From NCBI GenBank assembly GCA_950097015.1, contig CATNEN010000001.1:16554001-16618000 (forward strand): a stretch of 64,000 nucleotides of DNA, in the 5' to 3' direction. The notes under the pieces were generated by a model. It made no database searches and was not told the DNA's origin. It worked only from the letters and a program-made list of their open reading frames with translations. Below are positions 35,641 through 48,478 of this stretch, piece by piece. Within the stretch, counting starts at the first letter, position 1. Every line of letters begins with the position of its first letter. Both the position numbers and the translations under genes were made by a program. Source of the stretch: Macrostomum hystrix (lineage: Eukaryota > Animalia > Platyhelminthes).

Positions 35641-38600
35641 ACAGCAGCAATATTTTGTTTACTCACCATCTTTGTAAGATTAGAAAAAGTGTTCTTTGAA
35701 GCTGTTTGATTAAATTGCTTTCGCTTTTCTATAGATTGTTACTGTGACTTGTGCTTTTGCACTTTTTCATTGCCTGCTTTGCTGCACCAACTAACTACAT
35801 AATTGAATTGGACAGTCCAATCTACAATCCCCACGGATAGTTCCATTGTTTCATAATCACACTCATTATTCTATCGCAGTGTATTACAATTCATATTGGA
35901 AGTGGATCAGAACTTTATGATTGTTAAATGACAGATAGAATTGGGAGTACCTCTAGAGATGAGGGTATGGCAAGGGGTCTGCGCCTTGCACTGACCAATG
36001 GGGTGAGTTTCTATCATCGCGAGGACAGACAGGAGTTTGTTTTAAATTCAGCGCAATAAATTTTCTCTGCCTTGAGTTGTGGCTTGTCTAATTTATCTGC
36101 TTTCCCTTTAAGTTGTTATTTTACGTGTTTTAAACATTTGCAAGCAGACCTTCAGTAACCTGACTAACTGTTTTACCTCATCAGAGACGGACGACCTCAC
36201 GATCGCGGTGGACAGTTCTTGGACATTGTGGATCACGAGTACAGTCGGCGAATCATGACCCTGCCTTCCCTAAGCGGCAGCGGCGGAGGCGGAGGCCCCG
36301 GTCGCGGTGGCAGGCATCGACGTCGGACACCAGACGATGTGGCTGCTGGCGGCGGCTCAGGCGATGGTCCTGTTCAATGTCCGCGACTTGACCGAACAAT
36401 GACCAGGTCGGCGTCTTACATGCCCGCCAGAGCTGCCAGAGGTGAGGAGGAATGTGTAATACTGCAGCTGTGTAATACTGCAGCTGTGTAATACTGCAGC
36501 TGTGTAATACTGCAGCTGTGTAATACTGCAGCTGTGTAATACTGCAGCTGTGTAATACTGCAGCTGTGTAATACTGCAGCTGTGTACTGCAGCTGTGTAA
36601 TACTGCAGCTGCGTAATACTGCAGCTGTGTAATACTGCAGCTGTGTAAAACTGCAGCTGTGTAATACTGCAGCTGTGTAATACTGCAGCTGTGTACTGTA
36701 AGCTGCCGTGAATTCACTATTTACTCCTCAGGCAGCAGTCTGCCTTCATCGCCAAGCTACGGACCGCAGCGGAATTCTTATTCGGCGATCAATTTAAAGG
36801 GCCAGCCAACAGATCTGGAGTTTGTCGACCTTCTGGCCCCCGACGGTGGCGGCGGCGGTGGCCACAGGCATCGAATGCTCAGCTCAGCGGAGGCTGAAGC
36901 AGCCGCGTTTCGATCCTGGGTGGCTGGCGTGGCTGCCGGAGCCGCCGAGAGAAACGGAGGCGTCATTGACGATCAAAGTGAGAGAGAGGCCTCTTAAACA
37001 GGAGAAAAACCTCGGGTGGTATTTCAAAAACTAGCATTTTTCTTGTTTCTGTATCTCCTAAAATATTCAACCAATCGCCATTCAACCAATCGCCATTCAA
37101 CCAATCGCCATTCAACCAATCGCCATTCAACCAATCGCCATTCAACCAATCGCCATTCAACCAATCGCCATTCAACCAATCGCCATTCAACCAATCGCCA
37201 TTCAACCAATCGCCATTCAACAAATCGCCATTCAACCAATCGCCATTCAACCAATCGCCATTCAACCAATCGCCATTCAACCAATCGCCATTCAACCAAT
37301 CGCCATTCAACCAATCGCCATTCAACCAATCGCCATTCAACCAATCGCCATTCAACCAATCGCCATTCAACCAATCGCCATGAAGAATCCAGAACACGGG
37401 CCAGTCCAGAACAATCCAGAACAAATTTATCGCTCTATCCGATTAAAAGACTTCCAGAATCACAAAACATCGCATCGTCGAGATATTCAACGATTCTGGT
37501 CACAGGGTCTGGTGGCAAGAACCACCAACATGAAATTTTTTTTCTGTTCACAAAATTTCATGATGTAACTATGTCTGTTATCATTGTTGACTATTTCGGA
37601 TTGATTAAATTGTACATTGTACATTGTACATTGAGAATAGGTATTTTCCACGCTGTTCGGGTTATACCTAAGGTAGCGCTAATGCCCGAGCGGCAAGACA
37701 CTAGCTACTAACAATGGGAGAAGAATCGACTGCTGCTGGCACGAGGGCTTAGGTCACTGATCTGGGGCACACAGTCCGTGGGGCGTATCAGGATGGATCG
37801 AAGTTGCCTGGTGAACGTCCTTCGCACTCTCACTTACTTTCCTCTATGGGGTCCGGAATTAGTACAGTTTCATTAGGGGGATAAAGGCGGAGTTTTGGGA
37901 CTTCAGGGGGGGTATTTAGGGAACCTTAGGTGGACTTCAGATAGACTTCAGGTGGACTTCAGAAGGTAAACTTTTAGCGATAAAGAATTTACAACAAAAT
38001 CATCTTCGCCATCGGAAGGCATCCTGGAAGAGGCACTGAGCGAATATCGCCGACGATCGGCTTCTGTGAGCTCTCTGAAGGGCAGTCAGATGTGTAACAC
38101 TCCGGAACCGCCAGTTCAGGAGGACGACCAGCTGAATTTGCAATTAGAGCAGCAGCAGCAGCAGCAGCAACAGCAGATAACCGACGATCAGTCCGAGCAG
38201 CTAAACAAAGACCAGGCGTTGCTAACTGACGAACAACCAATGACAAATAGCAACAGCCAGGCAGCAGAGAAAGACTACGAAAAGAAACAAGAATCAAGCA
38301 GCGAATCGGTTTTGATGGACGCGACAAAGACTGCCATTCAGCTGCCCGAAGTTCCCAGCATCGATAGATCCGCTGACGAGACAGTCAATAATCCTGCAGA
38401 AAATGTGCTTGCTGATCAAATTCATGAGCAGGATGAGCAGGATAAATTGCAGACAGTGGCTGACGATAGCAAAGTGGAAATGAACCTGCAAGCGAAGCAG
38501 AAGGAACAGCAGCAGCAGCAGCAGCAAGAGCCAACGAAACCTTCTGCAGCGCAAACTTCTAGCAGATTATCGTCCTCGCGACAGGGACAAGCTGCTGCTG

Positions 38601-41600
38601 TTGCACATGAACCCGAAGCCTCATCTGCTGCACCTAAGACAGGTATTTTATAACAAACTTTGTTTTCAAAACTTCGACACAATTTATCCATAAAAATATC
38701 AACACATGAAAACTATTTCAGGTGAAAAGATGCTAGACAGTGTCAGTCTCGAGATCGATCTGGTAAAGAGCATTCTTAATCAGAAAGGTGAGGTTAAGTT
38801 AACAAATTTTAACGCTACGATTTATTTACTAAGAGCTAACTATAAAGACCTAAGATGATGTAAATCATACTGACTATGCAATGACTTTATTTTTTAGATG
38901 AATTAACAAAGACTGGTCAGTTAGTTTCAGTTTCTGAGGACCCTAACGAAGGTCACGCCAATGGACGGAACACCGCAATGTCTGTTGGGACAGTCGAAGT
39001 TCCGATTGAGAGGTACAAATTTCGTTATTTCTGATAAGCTTAAGTCTAGCAAACGTTTAGAAAAAAATGAAACTTCAGGGAAGTGAAACTCCAGGGAAGT
39101 GAAACTTCAGGGAAGTGAAACTTCAGGGAAGTGAAACTTCAGGGAAGTGAAACTTCAGGGAAGTGAAACTTCAGGGAAGTGAAACTTCAGGGAAGTGAAA
39201 CTTCAGGGAAGTGAAACTTCAGGGAAGTGAAACTTCAGGGAAGTGAAACTTCAGGGAAGTGAAACTTCAGGGAAGTGAAACTTCAGGGAAGTGAAACTTC
39301 AGGGAAGTGAAACTTCAGGGAAGTGAAACTTCAGGGAAGTAAATAGACATCTGATGATCATGAGCACGCAAATTAATTCGCAAAATACCGCCGCTTGTTG
39401 CCAGGCAAGGCGCCGAGATGACTTTGTTAAGCCGGACGCAGACATCTGTAAGCAAGAAATCAGTTAGCTTTGTTGAGCACGAGACTTCGGAACAGAAAAA
39501 ACATTTTTCAGCCGCTCCAGTGGAGATTCAGGAAACTCAGGTGAGACAACAAAATGCTTTTAGGGTAGAAAGATCACGCTATTTAAAATGCCCACTGCCT
39601 ACTCGACGATAGCTTCCAAACCTGAAATATCCCCGTCTCTTTCTACAGTAAACTTATAAGCGCAGAAGTAAGTACAGAATTAAAGGCAAAAATGAACCAA
39701 TTTGCAGCCAACGCAGCCGCAGCAGCCAAAACCAACCGGCAGGCCGATAGTAAAGAAAACTAAGCCGCAGCAGCAGCAACAGCAGCAGCAACAGCAGCAG
39801 CTGCAGAAGAGGGCTGAGGCCGCTGAGAAGCGAGCGGCGAATGCCAAGCAGCGTCAGCAGAAGCCATCACCTGCTGAGCAACCCGGAGAATCTGAAGCTG
39901 AGGCTGCGGCCGCCGCGGCAGCTGAACAAGCCGAGCTCGACCGCCTGACAGCAGAAGCAGCCGCCGCAGCAGCTGCCGCGGAAGAAGCGAACAACAATCT
40001 TCATCAACAGCAGAAGCTTCTAGAAGATTTAGACAGCTTGCTTGACGAAGCCGACCTAGCTGAATTGAGAGCCGTCGAAGAAGACGACGAGGAGGACGAA
40101 GAGGACGATGGAGATGACAGCGAGGAGGCGCAGCTTCGCCGACGTCAGCGGCGAGAGGAGCGGGAACGGCGCCGCAAGGCGGAGCAGGAACTGCGCAAGG
40201 CGGAGCTGCGGCAGCGCAAGGAGGCGGCTCTCAAACGTCGCGAAGCCGAGGCGCAGCGAGAGCGCGAGGAAGCCGACCGGCTGGGCGACATCGAGGCCGC
40301 CAGACGGGCGCGCGAGGAGCAGCGACGGAGGCGAGAAGCCGAACTGGCGGCTGCAGAGGCAGCGGCCGCTGCAGCTGAGCGAGAAGCCGCCCGGGCCGCT
40401 GCTGAAGCCGCCGCTCGAGAGGCGGCCGAAGCGGCCGCGGCAGCCGACGCTGAAAGGCTTCGCGAGCTTCAGGAGCGCGCCAGGCAGCTTGAAGCCCTGG
40501 CAGCCGAGGCGGCTGAAACTGAGCGCCTCAGGCTAGCCGAAGTCGAACGACTTCGCCTGGAAGCGGAGGCGGCGGCTGCGGCTGCCGCCGCGGCGATGGC
40601 AGAGCGACAGGCCGCCGAGGCAGCGGCTGCGGAAGCGGCGCGGCTTCGAGCGGCCGAAGCGGCGGCCGCAGCAGCCGAAGCCGACAGGCTGCGCCGGGCC
40701 GCCGAGCAGCGACTTGATGAGGCCAGGAGGCGACGAGCAGCCAACGCAGAGATGCGACGGGAGAGCAGCCAGCTGGGCTGGGGTCAGAGCATCACGAAGC
40801 CGTTCGTGTTCTCCTATTTCACCAACTGGCCCAGGGAGCTGTGGGAGACGTGAGTGATTTCCTGGAAAATTGTGATTTCCCCGAGGACCACTAGTAGTAA
40901 GTAGAAGGACGTGAATACACTACAACTATGGCAATTTTGTCACTTTTTCTGGCAATTTAGCGACTTTAATTGATTGTAGGCGTATTCCTCTTATATGCGA
41001 TTGGCTCATTTAATAGCTTTTCTATTTTTATCAAACTTTATTTGTGAAAACATCGATTTTCAATTTTTCAATGTTCAAATCAAAAAACAATTTGTGTCCT
41101 TTAGCAAGACCCTTAACTCTGCATTGCTTCAGTTCACCCAGCTGTTAAATGGGTACCAGCATCAGCTGGGATAATTGAAGGTGGGTGTGGCCTCCCCCCA
41201 GTCCATGGACTGAACAGCCGTACGCAGCCTTCAGATTCGCCGCGCAATAGCTGCGGCTGTGCCGTTGGCTGCACATCTGGCCCGATTGGGGCAGGTGTAA
41301 TCAGTTATTATTTATTATTAATTATTGTTTAAGTTTTCTTATCTTTTTCATTTGGCTCATTGCTAATAGAATATTTTAACGCCAACGATCTATAATAGAT
41401 TGTCCTAGTAAATAAAACAGTCCTAAACGTTTTCTAAGAAACGTCTTCCCGTCCAAGATAAGTCAAGCGTATTTATGCCAGACTTGCCAATTTGTCAAAT
41501 CGTTGCTCCTTTCTTTCAGCAACAAAGAACAACAATACTCGATTGCTGCTGATGCGTTTGGGTAACGGAGATTGTTCAATTAAGGCTAAAAACGATTTGA

Positions 41601-42079
41601 TTTTCAGAAAAATTCCCTGAATATAATTTGACTGCTGTTTGATTCTATACTCAAACTCAAACCTACTCTACTCAAACCTGCAATCAGACCATGTTAGAGC
41701 AATCAAATCTACTCAAACTCTCAATTCCAGAGCAGGACAGCTGTAAAGAATTCTTAACATTTTTAGGTTTCGATAAGCCTTCAAATTCTTACTGACCAAT
41801 CGGAGTTGAGTTGCTGCTATTTTTAGCACTGCCGAGGGAATTCCTCCAACTAAACGCAACCACACTATAAACCCAACTGAGCTAAGCTTATCCAATCAAA
41901 TTTGGTTAAACCTCAACCTCAACCCCATCAACATCCACAGGCCTATCGGTGGCGGAGTCGCTCGACAGAAAGTGTACAAATTTCCGAAGAAGGCAGCCGC
42001 CGCAGCGCCAGATGAGACATCGGGAGCTGCTCCCGTAGAGCAATCCAAGGCACAGGCTGCTGGTGGAAAGTCTGCTTAA
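31223..42079 (+). CDS. KIAA2012: KIAA2012-like protein (DUF4670-like C-terminus), multi-exon
   Basis: Exon 1 31223-31336 (LLRGFGK) and exon 2 31418-31594 (IPSTFLTKKGNLVLF...TTLGDL) resemble the KIAA2012 N-terminus as recalled. Large E/R/A-rich coiled-coil exon ~39708-40849 ending QSITKPFVFSYF; last exon 41941-42079 in frame. Internal exons near 33992, 34177, 34770, 36185, 36732, 38070, 38722, 38898 and 39406 are approximate. Confidence 0.7.
32340..32570 (-). mobile_element. SINE family B copy (intronic)
   Basis: gatgtgcagccgac...cagtccatggactggggga...cagctggg. Confidence 0.75.
33465..33905. repeat. 20-bp minisatellite (cacctgttagacgggagtgt)
   Basis: Tandem repetition. Confidence 0.95.
34262..34745. 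repeat. 20-bp minisatellite (cacctgttagacaggaatgt)
   Basis: Tandem repetition. Confidence 0.95.
36453..36697. repeat. 16-bp minisatellite (gtgtaatactgcagct)
   Basis: Tandem repetition. Confidence 0.95.
37065..37381. repeat. 15-bp minisatellite (ttcaaccaatcgcca) inside a family C repeat copy
   Basis: Near-perfect tandem repetition. Confidence 0.95.
39069..39340. repeat. 16-bp minisatellite (gaaacttcagggaagt)
   Basis: Tandem repetition. Confidence 0.95.
41090..41325 (+). mobile_element. SINE family B copy, tRNA head missing
   Basis: tgtgtcctttagcaagac...cacccagctgttaaatgggtacc...ggcaggtgtaatcagttattatt. Confidence 0.85.
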
Positions 42080-44439
42080 TGGGTCTCAGATTTAACAAAT
42101 TTACGTTTTTGTACGCAATCTAATATTTTACTAAAAACTTCTCAAAAATATTTTCGAAAATGAACATATTCAATTTACAAAAATTTTGCGAGCACATAAG
42201 AAGCATAGCCATGTGTAATATTTCCTCTATCTTCTATTTTCTTGCCTTGATGGTTTTTGGCCCTTATGAACTGATTTCTGAATATTACAGAGCACAAACT
42301 TAAAAAATAATAAATGCTTGTAGTAGGCCGATTTTAAATTCGTACCTAAATTGTTTTAATATACAATATATTTTCGTAAAGTTCCTGTTTTGACACGATA
42401 AATTTATTCTTATTTTTAATTTGTTATACTACGCAAAATATCTTTAAATGTAAATGTAAGTTTTAACATGCGAAATAGTTTCAATATAATTAGTTTTCTG
42501 TATCTGTAAAGAATAATAATTTGTTTAAAATGTAAAAATATAAAAAAATAAAACTGTCCAAATGAGTATAAATACAAGCTAATTAAGACATAGAGCAAGA
42601 TTTAAATCGTTAATTATTTTATAAGGTTAAAATAATATGGGAGAATTTGTGATACAGTGAGAATTTGAGAGACTGAATTGCTGTGACTCTCTGAGTCATT
42701 GGAACACCTTATTGGACTGGGTGCCTATAAGTGCATGTATACAGTGCCTGAAACCCGCTCGTGCCGAGTGTAATAAACGCTACAGTGAACTACATAAACA
42801 CAAGGTTTATGAAAAAAACGCTGCCGCGAAATAAACATACTCGTAAACTATAATTTAATTCAATAAACACCCTTATTAGTAAAATTTCACAAAGCCTAGA
42901 AGCAAAGTGTCAATAAAGCACTGCGATTATTATCGCAATGAATTAACTGAAATGAAAGAGGCCAATTTTAGTGACAGTACATTGGAAATTCATAAAAGCC
43001 TTAGAACAACTTCGGTAAGATTTTACATAAAAGTTTGGCCAGCAACATAAGAATTCACTAAGTAATTATAAGAAAAAGAAGCCGCGGAACATATTTGATA
43101 CAATTATTACAACGCGACAACGCGACAACCTTATTATTTTGGCTTTTTGGCACGATATCTCGATAATATAATGTTTTGTTAACTTCTGGTTTCGCGGTAA
43201 ATTTAATGTAAGTATTTGGCGTGCCTTGTTTTTTTAGACGTTAATATGTGCTTTAAGTCGATCATTTTAGTATATTTCTTCCAAGAATGGTACTTTTTGT
43301 TTAACCTAGAAGGTGTGTCTATTACGACTTTCAACTTTTTACGTGCAAAATGTTTTTTATTTGGCTTTCGTCTTAGTGGGACTTGCGATGCAGTATTTTT
43401 GTCTTAGTGTCGCGTGCATGTATCGCTGAACAATTAGTAAGTAGTTTTATTGAATAATGATTTTAGTATTCCTTTGTTTTTGTGTTTCCGTTTTTGTACT
43501 GAAAGTTATTTTATGGATACAGAGAAATAAACGAACTATCTCTTCTACTTTTTGCTTTTACTCTAACTTTCTTCGTTAGCAAATAGCAACTACTAAAACT
43601 ATACTGTGCAAAAAAGCATAAATTTGTATTTTGTAATTTTTTTTGGCTTTATGCTGAGCTTTTGGATTCTTAGCTTATAATAGTAATGTTAAAATATCAA
43701 AATAAAAAAGAATAAAATTAGTGCTGTCTCTGATATATTTATTCATTTTAGTTTTCAGTTTTCGTTTTCATTTTTTCTAATATAGCATTAAATATTTATT
43801 TGTAGCTGTTATTTTTTATTTTCCGATTTTACTGATAGGTAATTTTTCACTTGTCAGGCAACAAGAATGAATATACCTCACATAAAATATGTGGACAAAT
43901 AATGTTTTTTTCACAAACTTTTGTTTAGATATTAAAAAATCATTGTATTTGAGTAAGTAAATATGTGATAAATGAATAAAAAATATTATCATTAGAAACT
44001 TTAACAGCACTGTGTTAATTAACTATTTGCAATCAAGTTTTTTTAGCTGCATAAAAGAACAAAGTCATAAATAGAGTTTAGTAGACATCATATTCTAATT
44101 CAACAGTTTTCTTAGTCACTATTCTAGTGGTTCCTTTTATGCATTAGTGGTTAGTTACGAAATTCGAAAGTAATTTAGGGCAATCTGGGGTATGCTTGAT
44201 ACATTGAATATATGATTAAAATATTAGTTTCCAGTGTAATTTTTTTCTGTTTCAAAGACAAGCACATCAAACTAGTATTTATGTTCATTAGGATTTCATG
44301 AAGACTTGAATAATGAAGAGAAAATATATAAATTACAGCCAGTTGCTGCCTGTCGATTCCATAAGTAGCCCATCTCCTGTGTCCCAGAAGCTGTGAGAAT
44401 TCTGCAGCAGGGCGTCTCACCTCATCGAACACATTCGCC

Positions 44440-47400
44440 ATGCTTCGTGACTCCTCATCTGAGGACGAAGATGACGGCTGGGACTACTCGAAGGGTCCAC
44501 CACCGGGCGCAATTTTCGCTCCGCCCAGCGTGGCAGCTGCAACTCGCGGCGGTCTCGGAGCTGCCACAGCCGCAGCAGTCGCCGTCGCGGCAGCGTCAGG
44601 CAGCTCCTCGCCCGGCGGTGGCATCGGGCTGAGCACACACCGGCCCATCGTAAATGCGCCACCCTCTGTCAATGTGGAGCCTCCGATCTCGCCAATTTCC
44701 GCCACCCTGGCTCACGCGTCGGGTTCAGCGATTCCACCGCAACCGTCTGGAACGTCGCTATCGTCGGCGTCGGCTGCGTTGGCTTGTGTTGATCAGCAAC
44801 AGCAGCAGCAGCAGAGGCGTCGACAGACGAGTCCGTCACCCAGCATGCAATCGGTGCACGTTGTCAATAATGCGGCCAAGTCTGGCGCCTCAGCCGCTAC
44901 CGTCGCCAGCGACGATCCCGATCGACAGTCGATTGACGAGGAGGCAGACAGACGTCAGCGGCTTCTGCTCTACGTGTTCGTCATGCGCTGCATCGCCTAC
45001 CCGTTCAATGCCAAACAGCCAACTGATTTGGCTAGGAGGCAGCTGAAGGTTTGTCTTTGCTCTGAGTTCTGTAGCTTGTAGCTTCACAACTCCGTAGCGT
45101 GACAACTCCGTAGCCTCACAAATCCGTAGAGTCACAACTCCGTAGCCTGACAACTCCGTAGCGACACAACTCAGTAGCGTCACAACTCCGTAGCCTCACA
45201 ACTCCGTAGAGTCACAACTCCGTAGCCTGACAACTCCGTAGCGACACAACTCAGTAGCGACACAACTCAGTAGCGATACAACTTCGTAGCGACACAACTC
45301 CGTAGCGACACATCTCCGTAGCGACACAACTCAGTAGCGATACAACTTCGTAGCCTCACAACTACGTAGCATCTCAAACCCATTGCTCCTCAAGTGCACA
45401 CATTCCTGCAAACTTTTGCAGGTGACCCAGTTGCAGTTAAAGCAGGTGAAGGAGCGCTTTCAAAACTTTCTCTGCGGCGACACCGGCATAGTTGCCGACG
45501 AAGCATTCAACAATGCCGTCCAGAGCTATTTCGAGGTGTTCCTGAAGTCTGACCGCGTGGCAAACATGGTCCGCGGCGGCGGCTGCTCCATCAGAGACTT
45601 TCGCGAAGTGTTCAAAAACAACATTGAGAAGCGGGTCCGTTGCCTACCTGAAATTGATGGCCTGAGCAAGGAAACGGTGCTGAGCTCCTGGATGGCCAAG
45701 TTTGACCAGATCTACCGGGGCGACGAGGATCCTAGACGGATCCAGAAGATGAACGCCAGCCAGAGTGAGCTGGTGCTCAGCAAAGAGCAGCTTTATGAAA
45801 TGTTTCAGAATATTTTATCAGTTCGCAAGTACGAGCATCAGATCATGTACAATGCCTGCCAGGTAAGACTTGCTGTCTGGTTTTGATTTCATTTCAAGAC
45901 GCGATAGATATCAGTTAGCAAAACAGATAATTATTATAATTGGATCGCGTGCTAGAGTCGCGGAAATGAGATCAACGAAACAAGACTTTGCTGGAAATTC
46001 TACGCTCGCGCATGGCCTAGTTTTCTCTGCTTCTCTGTGTTAGGCACGATTCCTCTCTCTCTCGTTTTTTTTGCCGTCCTTGTAAAATCTCGAGAAAACT
46101 TTAGAAATCACGTTTAAAATCTTGAGTTTTTCTTCAAAGCTTTCAGAATTGGATTGATTGCTATTAAGCTTATTCCGCAGATGACAGTTGTGATGCCTCG
46201 ATCAGATTTTCTTTTAAAGATTGAGCTTAACTCATCTCAACTGTCTGTCTCTCTCCCTTCTAATCCGCTTGCAAAGAGGCGTAGAAAAACTTTTCTTCCT
46301 TCTTGACTAACATTTTAAATTATTGTTTTATTTGTTAGGGAATTTAAAATCTAATACATGAATCCTTAAGAGGATTTCTAGTCAGAAAAAATATATCTAA
46401 AAAAATTTTTCTACTCGTCTTTTTTGGATAGTAGAAAATTGGTATCGACATTTGGGAGAATCACAGGGAGAAAGTTAGAAAATCAGAGGGAAGAAAGGGA
46501 GAGAATCAAAAGGAAGAAAGGGGAGAATCAGAGGAAAGAAAGGGGGAGAATCAGAGGGAAGAAAGGGGGAGAATCAGTGGGAAGAAATGGTGGGAAAGGG
46601 AGATAATTAAAGGGGATAAAGGGGGAGAATCAGAAGGGAGAAACAGGCAATCAGAGGGAAGAAAGGGAGAATTAGAGGGGATAAATGGGGGGTGAAAGGG
46701 GGAGAATCAGAGGGAAGAAAGGGAGGAATCAGAGGGAAGAAAGGGAGAGAATCAGAGGGAAGAAAGGGAGAGAATCAGAGGGAAGAAACGGAGAGAATCA
46801 GAGGGAAGAAAGGGGGAGAATCAGAGGAAAGAAAGGGAGAGAATCAGAGGAAAGAAAGGGAGAGAATCAGAGGAAAGAAAGGGAGAGAATCATAGGGAAG
46901 AAAGGGAGAGAATCAGAGGGAAGAAAGGGAGAGAATCAGAGGGAAGAAAGGGAGAGAATCAGAGGAAAGAAAGGGAGAGAATCAGAGGAAAGAAAGGGAG
47001 AGAATCAGAGGAAAGAAAGGGAGAGAATCAGAGGAAAGAAAGGGAGAGAATCAGAGGAAAGAAAGGGAGAGAATCAGAGGAAAGAAAGGGAGAGAATCAG
47101 TGGGAAGAAAGGGGGAGAATCAGTGGGAAGAAAGGGATTGAATTAGAGGGGAGAAATGGTGGGAAAGGGAGATAATTAAAGGGGATAAAGGGGGAGAATC
47201 AGAAGGGAGAAACAGGCAATCAGAGGGAAGAAAGGGAGAATTAGAGGGGATAAATGGGGGGTGAAAGGGGGAGAATCAGAGGGAAGAAAGGGAGGAATCA
47301 GAGGGAAGAAAGGGAGAGAATCAGAGGGAAGAAAGGGAGAGAATCAGAGGGAAGAAAGGGAGAGAATCAGAGGGAAGAAACGGAGAGAATCAGAGGGAAG

Positions 47401-48433
47401 AAAGGGGGAGAATCAGAGGAAAGAAAGAGAGAGAATCAGAGGAAAGAAAGAGAGAGAATCAGAGGAAAGAAAGGGAGAGAATCAGAGGAAAGAAAGGGAG
47501 AGAATCAGAGGAAAGAAAGGGGGAGAATCAGAGGAAAGAAAGGGAGAGAATCAGAGGGAAGAAAGGGAGAGAATCAGAGGGAAGAAAGGGGGAGAATCAG
47601 AGGAAAGAAAGGGAGAGAATCAGAGGGAAGAAAGGGGGAGAATCAGAGGAAAGAAAGAGAGAGAATCAGAGGAAAGAAAGAGAGAGAATCAGAGGAAAGA
47701 AAGGGAGAGAATCAGAGGAAAGAAAGGGAGACAATCAGAGGGAAGAAAGGGGGAGAATCAGAGGAAAGAAAGGGAGAGAATCAGAGGAAAGAAAGGGAGA
47801 GAATCAGAGGAAAGAAAGGGAGAGAATCAGAGGAAAGAAAGGGAGAGAATCAGAGGGAAGAAAGGGGGAGAATCAGAGGAAAGAAAGAGAGAGAATTAGA
47901 GGAAAGAAAGGGAGAGAATCAGAGGAAAGAAAGGGAGAGAATCAGAGGGAAGAAAGGGGGAGAATCAGAGGAAAGAAAGGGAGAGAATCAGAGGGAAGAA
48001 AGGGAGGAATCAGAGGAAAGAAAGGGAGACAATCAGAGGGAAGAAACAGGCAATCAGAGGGAAGAAAGGGAGAATTAGAGGGGAGAAAGGGAGAAACTGA
48101 GGGGTGAAAGGGGAGAGTTTAAGGGCGAACGATAAGGTGGGAGAAAGAAAGGGAGAAAGAGAAAGTTGAAGATGAATAGGAAGATGTGGTTGATGGGCAA
48201 TTAGAGTAAGGATTAAGAGCACGCACAGATTAAGTGAGTTCTGAGGCATACGGTAGATGAGCATGCGGAAAGATGAGCTGTGAGCACACTATAGTCAAAG
48301 GACTGAGCAGTGGGGCAGCCCTCGCTGGGTCTATTGAAGTGAGGAACCTAAAAAATAGCTATGGGAGAAAGATTTTTTTAGGGATTTCAGGATTTACAAC
48401 GGCCGCTAAAGTGGCAGTAAAGAATGAAAGAAA

Positions 48434-48478
<45 letters not shown>

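Noticed and set aside
36963-37711. GDWLN / STNRH pentapeptide-repeat ORFs
   Set aside because: A 15-bp intronic minisatellite, open in several frames, with no splice support.
46424-48264. Charged R/E/K-rich ORFs
   Set aside because: Translations of a purine-rich intronic minisatellite inside CADPS.
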